Below, one piece after another: positions 12,667 through 25,170 of a stretch of 64,000 nucleotides of DNA. A model generated the notes under the pieces. That model was not told where the DNA came from. It did no database searches and worked only from the letters and a program-made list of their open reading frames with translations. The stretch is from the human T2T-CHM13v2.0 reference genome, Homo sapiens. Position 1 is the first letter of the stretch; every line of letters starts with the position of its first letter. Location of the stretch: assembly GCF_009914755.1 (NCBI RefSeq), contig NC_060940.1; one strand, given 5' to 3'. A program made the position numbers and the translations under genes.

Positions 12667-14006
12667 AAATGCATTCAAAAATTAGCAAAGCCTAAAACCA
12701 TCCTCTGATGAGATTACTGATAGACTACTGATATCAGTCATCTTTTTCCTTATTTTTCAGTAATCTCTCTCTTTTCAGTTCAGGACCAGTGAAAATGACC
12801 CACGTCGTGATTTAGATGTCTCATGAGCTTAGCGTGCATGGCTCTGGTCTTCCTCCAGATATTTCTTACATCTCTTTTCATGTATCTGAACATGTACTCT
12901 TCTGATGTTTAAAGGCACACACATATATGTGGATAAAATGCACCTTATGGAACACATAAAGCCACTAATAGTTGCTATATCCACTCACCCAAATCAGATT
13001 GGGGATAATTAGCATATTTAGCAGCTTTCACTCAAAGGAACAAGGTTCACAATAAAGGTGCATTATAAAGTTGACCTAATGAAGAACTCATTTAAAAACA
13101 AAATCTCAAAATCATGCACACAGCGTCACCAGCTAAATGTCACGTTTTACCCCATATCCCCTGCCTCTTGCCTTTAAAAATATAAATAGAAAGCTGTTCA
13201 ATTTAAAATTTCAATTTATAAATTGCTCTGCTATGCTCTGTAACCACCATTAATAAATGATGACTGAATTTACCATTCTGTAACCACCCTTGTTTCACTC
13301 ACGATATGTAGTCAATTATTTAGCAATAATGATGGCTGTGTGCTACGTTACTGCTTAATTTCACAGGCTTGGCTATGTTTTCAGATAAGGAGAGAATACA
13401 GACAAAAATGGGAAGTTTCTCCTTTTATTTAACATAGCTCCATTTCAGAGTTGCCATTAGTAATGGTAAAGGTGGTCTGGGAGAGGAGCTGACTGCATTT
13501 TTCAGCAGGATGTAGAGAGTGGAGCTCAGGTGAATACAATCTGCCTGCAAGACATTCACCCAAACCGAGAAAGAACATCCTCGTGACAGTGCAGTGGCCC
13601 TTATCCCGCACCGGTAAACCAGCCTCATGACCTCTGACAACAAGGGAAATCAGACGCTGGCCATGCAGAGGGAGAACTGACGTGACTCTGTTACATGTGG
13701 AATTTCAATCCTACCCCGAGGAACTGCTTTTTCATTTCACACGGGCCCTTTCCACGTCACCCTGACCTGCCTCCATTCCCCGGTCACTCAACTTGTATCT
13801 TCACACACAGAGGACAGGGCTGCCTCTTCTAGTTGTGTTCCAAAGGAGTGGTTCTCCTGCAGGCTTCTATGAAATGAGGTGGCTGTTTCCGTACTGAGAG
13901 GTGGCTCCATAGTACATACTGCAATGCTTGCCAGTGTGATGGTCACGCAAACCAGAAAGACTCTGGTTTCTCCCCTGAACTTGAGTTTCATCAGTCCATT
14001 CAGGAG

Positions 14007-14391
14007 TGTTGTGGGCTGAATCGTGCTCCTACCTCCTGCCCCAATTCATATGCTGAAGCCCTAATCCCCACAGTGATGGTATTTGGAAATGGAGCCCTTG
14101 GGAGTTAATTAGGTTTAGATGCAGCCATGCGGGTGGAGTTCCCCGGATGGGAGTGGTGCCTTTATAAGAAGAGACTAGAGAGCTCAGTTGCTCCTGCTCT
14201 GCTGTAAGCAGACAGAGCAAGAAGGTAGTGGCTGTCTGCAAACCAGCAAAAGAGTCCTCACCAAGAGTCTGCCCATGCTGGCCTCCTAACCTCGAACTTC
14301 TACCTCCCCAAATGGAAGAAATAAATGTGTGTTGTTATTTAGCCACTCAGTCTATGGTTGCTTGTTATAGCAGCCTGAGCAGACTAAGACA
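14007..14391 (+). mobile_element. MLT1A-like solo LTR
   Basis: TGTTGTGGGCTGAAT...AATTCATATGCTGAAGCCCTAA...GCAGACTAAGACA; TSD AGGAG/AGGGG. Confidence 0.88.
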
Positions 14392-14539
14392 AGGGGTTAA
14401 AAAAAACAGCTTCAGATAAAAATGTAATTAAGAACGACAAACATCTGGTATTCTTTTCACAGGAACAAATGCTTCACGATAAAGTGAGCAAGGCCCATCT
14501 GGCCCCTTCTGGAGCCCAACTCCACCCTTTCCTCATCGT

Positions 14540-14690
14540 GTAAGTGACTTGGCTTCTCTGGATCTCAGTTTCCTCATCTGTAAAACATCCCCTCACCTTA
14601 CTGCCCACCCCAGAGGGCTTCCATGAAAATCCATGAAGACAAGACTCATATACATTTAGCACAATGCTGGGTACCCCAATAAATATAATA
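14540..14690 (+). mobile_element. MIR
   Basis: CTCAGTTTCCTCATCTGTAAAA core. Confidence 0.75.
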
Positions 14691-16177
14691 AGATTCCCAA
14701 TGAGCTTGGAAAGAAGATTGCCCTTAGAAAGAATACAACAAGCTGGCTTCAGTTACCTGACAGTTACCTTCAGAAAAAAAAATTTCCCTAGTGACCATCA
14801 AGGTACCGACCACCTGGAAATGGGAAAGACATTTTGACTCTCTAGACCTGTCACTGCTCCCAAAGTGCAGCATCTGCTCCTACCACCCCATGGTCCCAGA
14901 CAAATGCCCAAACTCCAACCTGCTGATTAAGTTGATGATCTGGCTTTCTGACATCCAAATATGATCTCATCCCCCTTCCTCACCCAATATCCCGAACCCC
15001 ACTATCCAACAACGACTCTGTTTTCATTTCAGTACCACCGTCTGGTGCCTCTAATTCTATCAACACCCAAACATATGGAAGGAACAACAAGACCCAGCGA
15101 CATGAACCATTATTTTTAAAAACCAAACCAGGTCCTAAATACCAATTGATTGCTAAAAGGGCACTCACGGAGGTTTATTAAGTACATAGAACATAAATCT
15201 GCTTGGCATGTAATTAATTCAAAATTACAGAAACATTAAATGTGTAATTAAATCTGCACGGAATGTTTAGGGCTTTTGCTGGCATTTACAAAGGAAGCTA
15301 AGGGAAATTTATTAGCTAGCAATTTATTGCTCAAAATACTGGCAACTCAGGAGTATGTTGATGGAAATCTAGCTTGTTGTCAATCTGCTGTTAGAGGCCA
15401 ATTAAAGTTTCAAAGCCTTACAAACCAGTGGCCAAAGAACAGGGTTGCCAAGCATAGAGTTTGTCAGCTTCCACCGTTTGTCCTTTCCATTCCATCTCAA
15501 CAAGTGTTTGTATACCCAGGATGATAAGCACACCATACTCGTTACTTAAATACTTAATTGACACATTAAAATGTGGTCCACAGGAGACCCGGATGAGATA
15601 AAAGCAATGTTATATTTGGAATCCTCACCAATTGACAAACTTCACTATGTTTAATCAGAATACACTATTTTTTTTTCTGGCTCACTTTAAGTCAAAAATA
15701 TACATGAAAAATATGCAAAGTGAAGGAGTCAAAAGTTATTCCAGAAACTTTCCAACTCGTTTCTAGCCTCTGCAACAGGTTAGAGCTAGAAACGACTGTC
15801 TGGTGTCCAGAGCTGGCCTGACCCTCCCCACGGTGATGGCATGTTTCACAAATCCCACACATCCCATTGGTCAACATGGGTACAGGTGCTCTGGGGTACC
15901 CTTCAGAAACAACTCCAGTGATGTCACTTCACAAGCACTGGAAGACTCTGAGACTGGAGCAATCAGGTGGAGCACCGTGCAGGTGAAGCCTGAGAGCTGT
16001 GTTCCAGTGCCTTCTGGGGGCCCAGTCTCCAATTCTTCATTTCACAATTTGTTCAGAAGTGTTTCTGCTTTTCATTGCTGCATTGCAGACAGCTGGAGGT
16101 TCTAAGCCTATGCTTTCTAGAAGAATCCTCCATACCTTCAGATTAGGAAGGACTAGGGTTTCTACTCATTCTGCTGT

Positions 16178-16650
16178 GTGTTAGAATTGCATTTGACTGC
16201 AAGTAATATAAAACCCAGCTACTAATATCTTTAACAGCAGGAGTGTACTTGTTCCTCACACTACAAAAACCTGGAGAAATGTGGTCTACAGCCCATGAAA
16301 GTCTCCACGACATTATACCGCACCTTTCTCTATCATTTGCATGGTTATTTCATTGTGTTTATTTATCACCTAATGAAATAAAATAGGAGCTGCAGTTCTG
16401 GCCATCATACCTACACTTCAGTAGGGATAAGGAGAAAAGGGAACATTTTATCATCTGGCAAAAAGAAAGGTCATTGTGACAAGACTAGTATTGCAAAAAT
16501 GAAAGAACTCCCAGCAATTTCATAGCCAATGTATACCTACACTTCTTGGTGGCCATTGTGTTGTGTTACCTTTTCACCTCTAGCTGGAAGGTGGCACTAA
16601 GAAGGGTATTATAATGGAGGTGAAACCAATTAACTAATGCTGTCTGCCAT
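16178..16650 (-). mobile_element. Old MLT1-type LTR (very degenerate)
   Basis: GTTAGAATTGCATTTGACTGCAAGTAA...AAACCC terminus pattern. Confidence 0.45.
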
Positions 16651-16900
16651 GTTACCCCTCTCTCATTCAGGCCCAGTGACCAGATACGCAATGTTTGGCA
16701 TAGAGTGAAAACTCAGCATTTGTCAAATAAATGAACAATCAAATAAAGGCTCTGAGACCCTCCAGAAACCATTTTTCTAGTTTATTTATTCAGCCAGACA
16801 CTATGCCAGATCCAGGCAATACAGAGGTGAACAAGTCAAACATTTGCTATTTTAAGCCAGAAAAAAAAATAAGATTTCTGAATGAAGAAAACGGGCTCTC

Positions 16901-17276
16901 TCTCTTAGTCCTTTTTCACACAGTGATAAAGACATACGTGAGACTGGGTAATTTATAAAGAAAAACAGTTTAATCGACTCACAGTTCTGCATGGCTGGGG
17001 AGGTCTCAAGAAATTTATAATTATCGCAGAAGGTGAAGAATCACCTCTTACATGGAGGCAGGCAAGTGAGAGCGAGCAAGAGCAGGGAGAACTGCCTTAT
17101 AAAACCATCCGCTCTCGTGAGAAGTCACTCACTATCATGAGAACAGCAAGGGAGAAACCACCCCCATCATCCAATCACCTCCTCCCACTGGGTCCCTCCC
17201 TCGACAAGTGGGGATCATGGGGATTACAATTCAAGATGAGATTTGCGGGGGGGGAGGGCACAGCCAAACTATATCA
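16901..17276 (-). mobile_element. THE1/MSTA-like solo LTR
   Basis: TTAGTCC...GAGACTGGGTAATTTATAAAGAAAA...GACTCACAGTTCTGCATGGCTGGGGAGG...CACAGCCAAACTATATCA. Confidence 0.92.
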
Positions 17277-17308
17277 CCCCCTAACTTGAAAGAACTAACA
17301 TTCTAGAC

Positions 17309-17518
17309 CAGCACAGTCCAATAGAACTTTCTATGATGATAGAAAGGTTCTCAACCTGTGCTGTCCATTACAGTAGCCACCAGCCATGTGTGAATACTGG
17401 GTACTTGAATTGTGGCTAGTGTGACTGAGGAGCTGAATTTATTATTTTATTTTAATTAATTTCAACTTATATTTAAATAGCCACATGGAGCTACTGGCTA
17501 CCATATTGGTCCCCACAG
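17309..17518. mobile_element. MER3 (hAT-Charlie DNA transposon)
   Basis: GTCCAATAGAACTTTCTATGATGATAGAAA...GTGGCTAGTGTGACTGAGGAGCTGAATTT...GGCTACCATATTGG. Confidence 0.88.
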
Positions 17519-17774
17519 GTTTGGCCATCATGCATACACATTTAAAAAATCAGCAGATAACATCTTAATAGAGGGATGTCCAAATGTCATGGGACTCTAG
17601 AGGTAGAATCTAACTGCCAGGGAGAGCAAGAGAGATTAAAAAAAAAGAAGATGGGTTTTTAATCAGGGTTTTGTGAGATGAAGAGAAGCTTGCCACTTGA
17701 TAAAGGAAGACAAGGGAAAGCATTTCAAGCAGAGGGAAAATTGTGGGCATAGAAAAAAGGAGAAAAATGAGAGT

Positions 17775-17900
17775 CAGGAGAGATCCTAAAACAGAACCAC
17801 TTAGTTAAGCCACTCCCAAATTCCCGACCCACAGAAACTGAGATCATAAATGTTTCCTATTTTTGAGTGATTTGTTACACAGCAATAGATAATAAATATA
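17775..17900 (+). mobile_element. MLT1H-like LTR 3' part
   Basis: AATTCCCGACCCACAGAAACTGAGA...TTTGTTACACAGCAATAGATAA. Confidence 0.7.
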
Positions 17901-17997
17901 GGGTATACCACATTGTGTGTGTGTGTGTGTGTTGCTAACTTCATCATGTCTAAATAGTGACGGGGTGCAGAAACTATCAGAGGGGATGCTGTAGCTT

Positions 17998-18120
17998 GGA
18001 AGGAAGGAAGGAAGGAAAGAAGGAAGGGAGGGAGGGAGAGAGAGAAAGAAAGAGAGAGAGAGAGAGAAGGGAAGGAAGGAAGGAAGGAAGGAGGAAAGAA
18101 AGGAGAGACAGAAAGAAAGA
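17998..18120. repeat. Polypurine (GGAA)n/(GA)n tract
   Basis: About 120 bp, almost entirely purine. Confidence 0.9.
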
Positions 18121-19204
18121 TCTACAAAAAATGTACATGAGCCAAGATGTCCACCTCATCGCACCCAGTGCTAGCCTCTCAGAAAAACCTCTAAAAGCTC
18201 AAGAGAGTCCGTGCTTCCAAGCTCTCCTATTGCTGATGAACCCAAGGCCTCCTGAAAATATCTACATCTATGCATGGATGGCTATTTAATTTCAAAAGCA
18301 ACATTTGAAATGACATTAAGTTAGCCTGTCTAATTGTAGTCCCTATGTACAATTACCTTTTCTGCCTAATAATAAGCTAACAAGAAGGGTATGACTATGA
18401 TTTTAAGGGTAGAATTCATATTTTTAACTTCCATGTGCCAAGCTGAGTAAAGGGTTTTATGCAAATACAGCAAAAAATATAGGCCCCCCAAAAGTCATCA
18501 TCATTAGGCTTATTTCAAAATCAGATCTAATATTAATTCCTAGGCAATAACACTCTTTGGAATGAAGAGACTTGATTACTCTATAGGAATTCTAATGAAT
18601 AGCACTGCCACTCCCCCATCCCCACCACTGCCTTCTCTAAGTACTTTAAAGAAGTTTTTCTTCCTTTTTTTTTTTTTTTTTTTTTTTTTTAGGTAGTATG
18701 ATATAAAGTAGGCAAACACCAGCTAGGAAACTTCTGGGCTCTGGAGCTAGAAGATCCTGGTCCTTAGAAGTCAGCCCTGGCAGCAGGAGCCAAAGAACAT
18801 TATCAGAAAAGTAGAAAGAGGCTGCTTACCTAAGAGGAAGTCAGTGATTCTCTGCAGGACTTAGAACCAGTATTGAATGGGTATAACTAGGACAACTCAG
18901 AGGATGGGGCTCTGGAGCAACTACACCCACCTGGGTGGAAACGCCAGTGTGGGGTTGGGGAATAGGGGAGAACAAAAACATTGAGGAGCTGGAAAACCTT
19001 CAAGAGTTGTTTGAATTCAGTGTTGTTTAAATTATCCTAATATTTATGAACTCCCCCCATATCTCCTCGTATGGTCTAGGAGATATACTCAGGCAGACAT
19101 AGCCAGCAGCGCCATCTTGTTTTCCATGGCGAGGGAATTTTCTCCTCCACCTCTTCTCTCTGTCTTCATTTAGTGTTGTAAAACTATGAGATATCAGACC
19201 TGAA

Positions 19205-19320
19205 GCCCTCCCCTTCACAAATGAGGAAACTGAGGCCAAGAGGGAAGGTGACCCACACCAAATTGCACACACGTTCCCCTAGCTGGGACAGGAACCCAGG
19301 ACTCCTGAGTTTTTATTCAG
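19205..19320 (-). mobile_element. MIR
   Basis: CACAAATGAGGAAACTGAGGCC...GAACCCAGGACTCCTGA. Confidence 0.7.
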
Positions 19321-19799
19321 TTTTCTTCCAGCAATTCAAAAGAACAAATTCAATACTCACTGCATCCAGGCTCACAGGGGTCACAGAAAAATGAAGGATT
19401 CTTATTCATGAGAACTGATTGTAATGGGCTCATTTCTTCTGATTAGGGAATCTTAAGAAGAAATGCTTCTTGGTTCTAATCGATATGGCCCTTTTAAGAA
19501 ATCCAGTTTGTTTTCTTCTACCTCAATCGATTTCGGTTCTAGTAACAAGACAGAGAGGTGCGAATTTCATTCAAATGAGGCTCTCAGTCAACTTTTCCTA
19601 TGAGACAAAATGATACTGGAAAAGAAGCCATAAGGTGGTCCTACTAGCTATGGGATTTGACAGATTATAGCATCTTCCAGAAGAGGTGTGGAAGGATTCT
19701 TTCAGGGTGTAGGGCTGTGAATGTGTGCCCCGACACCCCCGACCTGGCCACGAACCAGGGATACCTTCTCTATGCCACAATGCAGAGGAAGGATTTCTT

Positions 19800-20350
19800 T
19801 TTCTGTTCTTCTTTCACTTCAGTTGAAAAATTAATACACACAGATGGGGAAAATATAAAAACATATCAATAGAGTATGCACATTACTCCATCACACTCCC
19901 AAACCCCAGGGCCTGTCCTCAAATGTAAGCACTGTTAACTGGATTTCCTATATCTTCATTTTTTCCCACCAAAGGGAACATTCCATACTCATTATATTGC
20001 CTGTGGTATTTTTCACTCAATGAAAGATCTTTGAGATCTTTTCATGTCACTGTAGAGAGATCTACTTTATTCTTTCTATTTTTTCCACATGGGATCCATT
20101 TTATTCTTTTTTTCAAAATGTCCTGTGGTTCAAATATACAATCATTTACTTACCTTTCTCTTATTAATTAACATCCCGGTTATTCCCAGTCTTTTGGTTC
20201 TACAAATCTGTGCTGAACAAATAGAGTCATATACAGGTCTGAAGGATAAATTTCCAGGAGTGGACATGCTGGCTTGAAGGATGTGTGCATTTCAAAATCA
20301 AGGACAGGATCACAGTCATCAAGGCCCTCTGTACAAAACCAACTGTCCAT
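19800..20350 (-). mobile_element. Ancient L1ME fragment
   Basis: CACTGTTAAC, TTTTCACTCAA, AGGATAAATTTCCAGGAGTGG...GTGTGCATTT. Confidence 0.6.
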
Positions 20351-21109
20351 CTCAATAACTCCCTCGGCCTGCCACTTTTCCCGGCTTCCTCCAGCCCCTC
20401 GAACCTTCCCTCCTCCTCCACGTCATTCAGGCACTGTGTGTCTCCTCCACTAGGTGACAGCTCCACTGAGGACCAAATCCCCAATCCCCTCTGAGTGCCA
20501 CCCCATGAGCCAGTTTTCAGAGAAAAGGGACTCTCATTAAATGTTTGCTAGAATAATTCATGATGCCTGAATGGAGGATGGTGTGAACAGCAGGCAATTA
20601 ACAAGGGGCTCAGGTTTTTTCAATGGGTTGTACACTCAACCCTTTCAATAGGAACATGCCAGGTCTCTTCTTCCTTGAGTGGGGTGGGAGATGTCTTCCT
20701 TTCAGGTCTTGCCCATATTCTTCAAGGTGACACTGCTTTTGCTGAAGGGGTAAAAAGCAGACCGAATCCTCACAGAGCAGTGCCCATGCTGCGTGTGTGT
20801 GTGCGCGCATACCTGACCACAAAGCAGGCCATTCCCTAAACAACTAGAACAGACTGCCCGTGACCTTCCGGAGAACCCCACATTACCCCCAGCAAAGGCC
20901 GCCAGGGGACTGCTGGTGCTCTTTTGTTCCAGGCTGATTGGAGCTGTCACAGACGGACGGAGTGCATCTCCCAGCGGCAGCTCGCTGTAAGCCAGGCGAA
21001 AGAGCAGGAAGCTCTCCTACAGATGCCCTGGCCAGGAATTCACGGTCGCAAGCAGCCTGGGGCCCCCTCCTCCAAGGAAGGGGAGAGCTTGCAGAAAATA
21101 AGGAACCAT

Positions 21110-21330
21110 GGCAATGAAAACCAGAACAGTGGTAGGTGATGTCCTAAGTGCTTTGCACGCAGTAGTACATCTGATCACCACCCAGTGGTACAAAGCTACC
21201 ATGACCTGCATTTAAAGAAGAGGAAACCAAGGTAGAGAGGTAAAGTGTGTTTAAAGTCACACAATTTGTATGTCAGCGTGCAGTGGGGACACAGTAGCCA
21301 TCTAGGCCACAGCTCCAGAGTGCATGGCTT
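21110..21330 (-). mobile_element. MIR
   Basis: CTAAGTGCTTTGCA...GAGGAAACCAAGG...AAAGTCACACA. Confidence 0.6.
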
Positions 21331-21809
21331 CTTCCCCCCAGGGCTGGGGAGTCTGTGCACACCGCAGGCATGGCACTGAGCAATCCACGCCTATCTCACG
21401 TGGTCTTCCCAGCAGCGCAGTGAGGCAGGGACCGTGAACAACTCCATCTGTCAATGAGGCCACAAGTGGTCACCTCAGTGTGTGCAATATCTCTCTGCTA
21501 ATAATTAGAGGGCTTGGGCACCCCTTGGGCCCCAAAGCCGGTGGCTGCTCAGCATCATTGCTCTGCAAGGCCTCTGCTCCTGCTGGGCACACAAACCACA
21601 TCTGCCTTCTTGTTTTACATTTAAACTGCAAGTGACACTTTGCACACGTTCTGAGGACCTTGGAAAACATCAGCCAAACTAAAGGGCTGGTAAAATCTTT
21701 TGGTTTTAGAAATTTTCAATGTCTGACACTATAGAGACATAGGCAGGGGATCCCAAACACAATACACTTGGCAAAGAAACAGAGGTCATCAACAGTCATC
21801 AACAGACAA

Positions 21810-22042
21810 TACTAATAGATATTATTTTGTGAGCACTTATTGCTAGATACTGTGCTAGGTGCTTGACCCTTTTAAAATCATTTATTGCTCACAACCACCT
21901 TCCAAAGGAGATAGTACTGTCTTTACTTTAGAGAATAGACAAGGTACAGAGAAGTTGAGTAAGTTACCTAAGTCACACAGCTTGAAGGGCAGGGCCAGGA
22001 TTCTAGGCCAGGCAATCTAGCTCCAGAGTACCATTGCCTCAC
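21810..22042 (-). mobile_element. MIR
   Basis: GAGCACTTAT...ACTGTGCTAGGTGCTT...AAGTCACACAGCT...TCTAGCTCCAGAG. Confidence 0.75.
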
Positions 22043-22138
22043 TTACCAAGTTTAAATAAATATACAGGAGATGCCCAGTTAAATGTGAATTTCAGATGAA
22101 TGATGAGTAATTGTTTTCATTAAGAATGGCCCATGCAA
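22043..22138. mobile_element. MER53 (hAT-like) partial
   Basis: ATACAGGAGATGCCCAGTTAAATGTGAATTTCAGAT...CCCATGCAA. Confidence 0.7.
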
Positions 22139-23269
22139 GTCTCCAGTCTGTAGGCTGCCTGATTCACACCATCATGGGGGGTTGGCACGGTGTTTCATAG
22201 ACTCATCTTCAGTGTAGATTTTGAGTGGGGAAGATACTGACAGCCTTCCCTATCCTCTCTGACCCCACCAAAGCCAGGAGACCCTCCCTCCCACACACCC
22301 CTCTTCACACCTGCAGGTGCAAGGTATAAACACACATTGCTGGCCTCCAATAGAGCCCTCATCCCTAACCTGCCAGTGGCTTCAGATGCTAAAAAGGGAG
22401 GGCTCTTTTTTCACCACTGGACCATGGATCTTGGTTACAAGCCCAGTGGCTTGTTTCTGCTCTCCCCAAACTGAGGTTTGGAAGAAAGCTGAAGTCATTT
22501 TGTTTCGCATTTACACGACATGTATGAGCTTCAAAATGGGTAAAAAGAATTGAAGAACCCTCCTACCCCTCACAGAGTCCCAGGCATCAATTCTGGGCTT
22601 CAGTCTGGGATGAAAATATCGGAACAGATGAGACCCCTCTGCAAATAACAAAAAGAGCCCATAGGGATGTGTTATCAGGGGAGAGAGTGAGCAGAGGGTT
22701 TTTGTTTTGTTTGGTAAGGGAAGCATGGATTAAACCCTCAAAACAAATCTAGAGCCAAAGTTAAGAGTAAAAGGCAGCTCAGAGACAAGACAGATTTTCC
22801 AGACATCTATGGGGCCTGCTGTAGCACGTGAGGGTGGATCCAGATGTGAATTTCAAGATTGCCATTTGGGGTGTTTCTTGGGGCTAAGAACCATGAAGAC
22901 GCGCATCCCCCCTGCGGTTTTATGACCATGCTTAGCAATGAGTGATGCTGCCTGGATCTGCTCACCTGCTGGGCCGTTGTGCAGAGGAGACCCAGGCCTC
23001 ACAGCCACGGCCTCCCTCCTTCCCAGAGCAGGGCTTGGTGGAGGTACGGACAGCCTCCTGGCCCCCAAAGCTTTCTGTTTCCACACAAGGGATTCTCAGC
23101 TAAACAGAATCCTGTGCTGCAGGTAATCACGGGCCACTTTCTCTTTAAATAGCTTCTTTGTAACCACAAACATGTATGTTTTTCATAAAGCTCTGAAAAT
23201 TGTACTAGGCCCTGGGGACGTACCAAGTGGAAACGCGGGTGCCCAGAGATTAGAACTCCACTACTCCAG

Positions 23270-24000
23270 AGGTACAATGTGCTGTTTGTAACAATTATAA
23301 TAATACACCTGTACCACCGTTGTCAATGTGGGCCAGCCACACGGGGGCTCATTAGTATTGTATTAGGGCTGCATGGGGAAACAGATAATGGCCCATAATG
23401 AAAAATGCCAAATTTTCTATATAATAAAAATGAACTTGATTAATGAAAATCACTTTCAGGGAAAGAGTTACAGCGTTGTTAGAAATAAAAAATGATGTAT
23501 TAATCCGACATTCTTACAGATGGTCCCAACCTCCTGACAACTGCTATTCATTTGAGATGCTATTAGCATGCATAATTATGCTAATTAAGTTGTAATTAAG
23601 CACCAATTCTTCAGAGGGCTTTTTTTGTCTATCATTTAATACAACTCAGTTGCAAAGAGTGCTTAAAGCTTTGTACAGTGTTTCATTCAAAAGGGGTTCC
23701 CAAATTTCTTAGCAAAGATTTAGCAGCTGAGCCATGGATAGGAGCTATAATCCTTGTTTTGGTTAAAGAAAAGTCAGTAAATACCAGCGGGGTCTGCCAG
23801 TTGTTGATAAAATAATGAACGCTTTCTGCTAAAATAAGCACAGTTCAAACCAGGGCAATTACAATGAGAACAAAATGTATAATTATCAGTAGTGACAGAA
23901 CCATTGTCGTATTACATGGTCGGTTTTATTCTTTTTATTTGAAAAAAGGGGACTTAAGGAGTACATTCAATGAGAAATAATTAGGGAAAATGGCATTCAA
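23270..24000. promoter_or_regulatory. Putative developmental enhancer / conserved non-coding element
   Basis: Repeat-free; dense TAAT/ATTA; palindrome GCATAATTATGC; ATTAGCAT/ATGCTAAT; several ACAAT/CATTGT sites. Confidence 0.5.
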
Positions 24001-25019
24001 TATTTTATTAAAAGGAAAATAAATCAGAAAGCTGAAAATATCTCCCAGGGGTGGGGTTGTGAAAGAGAGAAAGAATCACAGATTTTGTTTTCAGTTCCAA
24101 AAGCTATTGAGATAAACATTTTAAGAACATCATAAAATGATAAAGTGCACATAAAATGGTTTCTTCAACTCGACTATCTATGGAGGCAAACGCAGAGATT
24201 TTAGGGAAGAAGTTAGTTAAACTAGCGACTTAAGAATACATGCTTACAGGTCAGTTTGACTGAATTTTACCACTTTCATCCCCAAAATCTATTCTATACA
24301 AGTATGTTGGACAAGGAGTTAAGTTTTGCTTCATTTTATTCTGTCACTGGTTCTGCGTGGATAAAGCCAGAAATAGCCAGAGAGCTTAGAACAAAGGTGG
24401 TTTAATGAAGGCCTTGAGAATGCTGTTTGTTCTACGAGGAGGAGCTGGCCAGCCAGGGGCATTTCCTGGGACACCAGTGCCCTGCTCACCTTCCTCCCAA
24501 GGCAGAGAATTCTGTTACCCAGGAGCTGCCTACTTGTCTTCATTCCGCCCTGAGCTGAAAGGGAAGAATCAAGAAACAGACTGGAAGAAGCCCCAATTCT
24601 CTGTAAACTTCACTTGAAGTGACTTATTTTTTTAAACACCAAGAGCCTATGCCACACTGCAACCCCGTCTCACTTGCCAGATCAGTGTGATCAGCTGCAG
24701 TTAAAGGAATAGCTCCAGGACGGAGCATTGGAAGTACTGTTGGGCCACAGCTGGGCAGCATTTCTCCCTCCCTCTTCTAACCATGACATTAAAAAAAAAA
24801 AATTCTTTCCAATGAGCTTTTTGCTTTCTTTTCTGTGCTAATCTCAATTTGAAGTTGGTCTTTGCATTTGTTTTATTTTAAGCCTCTGGAAAACTTACTC
24901 CTTGGGTAGGACACTCTGAAGAAACCACTCACTTTGTTTCATCTTCACTTTCCCTGCCTGCAGTTCAGAGCAGGAGGGAGGTAATAGAGACAAATGGTGC
25001 CCTGGACGCCAGAAGCCAT

Positions 25020-25170
25020 GAGCTGGTAGCCTGCCTCAGCCACAGCGGGACATTCAGCAAGGGGTTTAGCACAGTGTCCTCATCTGTAAGGTGGAACACC
25101 CATTAGCTGCTCTGAACAGTTCACATGTGATGACTAGATACAGCAGACAGTGCAGAGACAAGGTGATAAC
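25020..25170 (+). mobile_element. MIR fragment
   Basis: CAGTGTCCTCATCTGTAAGGTGG. Confidence 0.5.

Larger units (their letters stand above)
16775..17760 (-). mobile_element. L2 interrupted by a THE1/MST LTR and by MER3
   Basis: CACTATGCCAG...GGCAATACAGAGGTGAACAAG, then AAGAACTAACATTCTAG, then GGGAAAGCATTTCAAGCAGAGGGAA. Confidence 0.55.

Noticed and set aside
18656-18700. Long poly-T followed by AG, as a splice acceptor
   Set aside because: No supportable exon or donor downstream; more simply a poly-A/T tract
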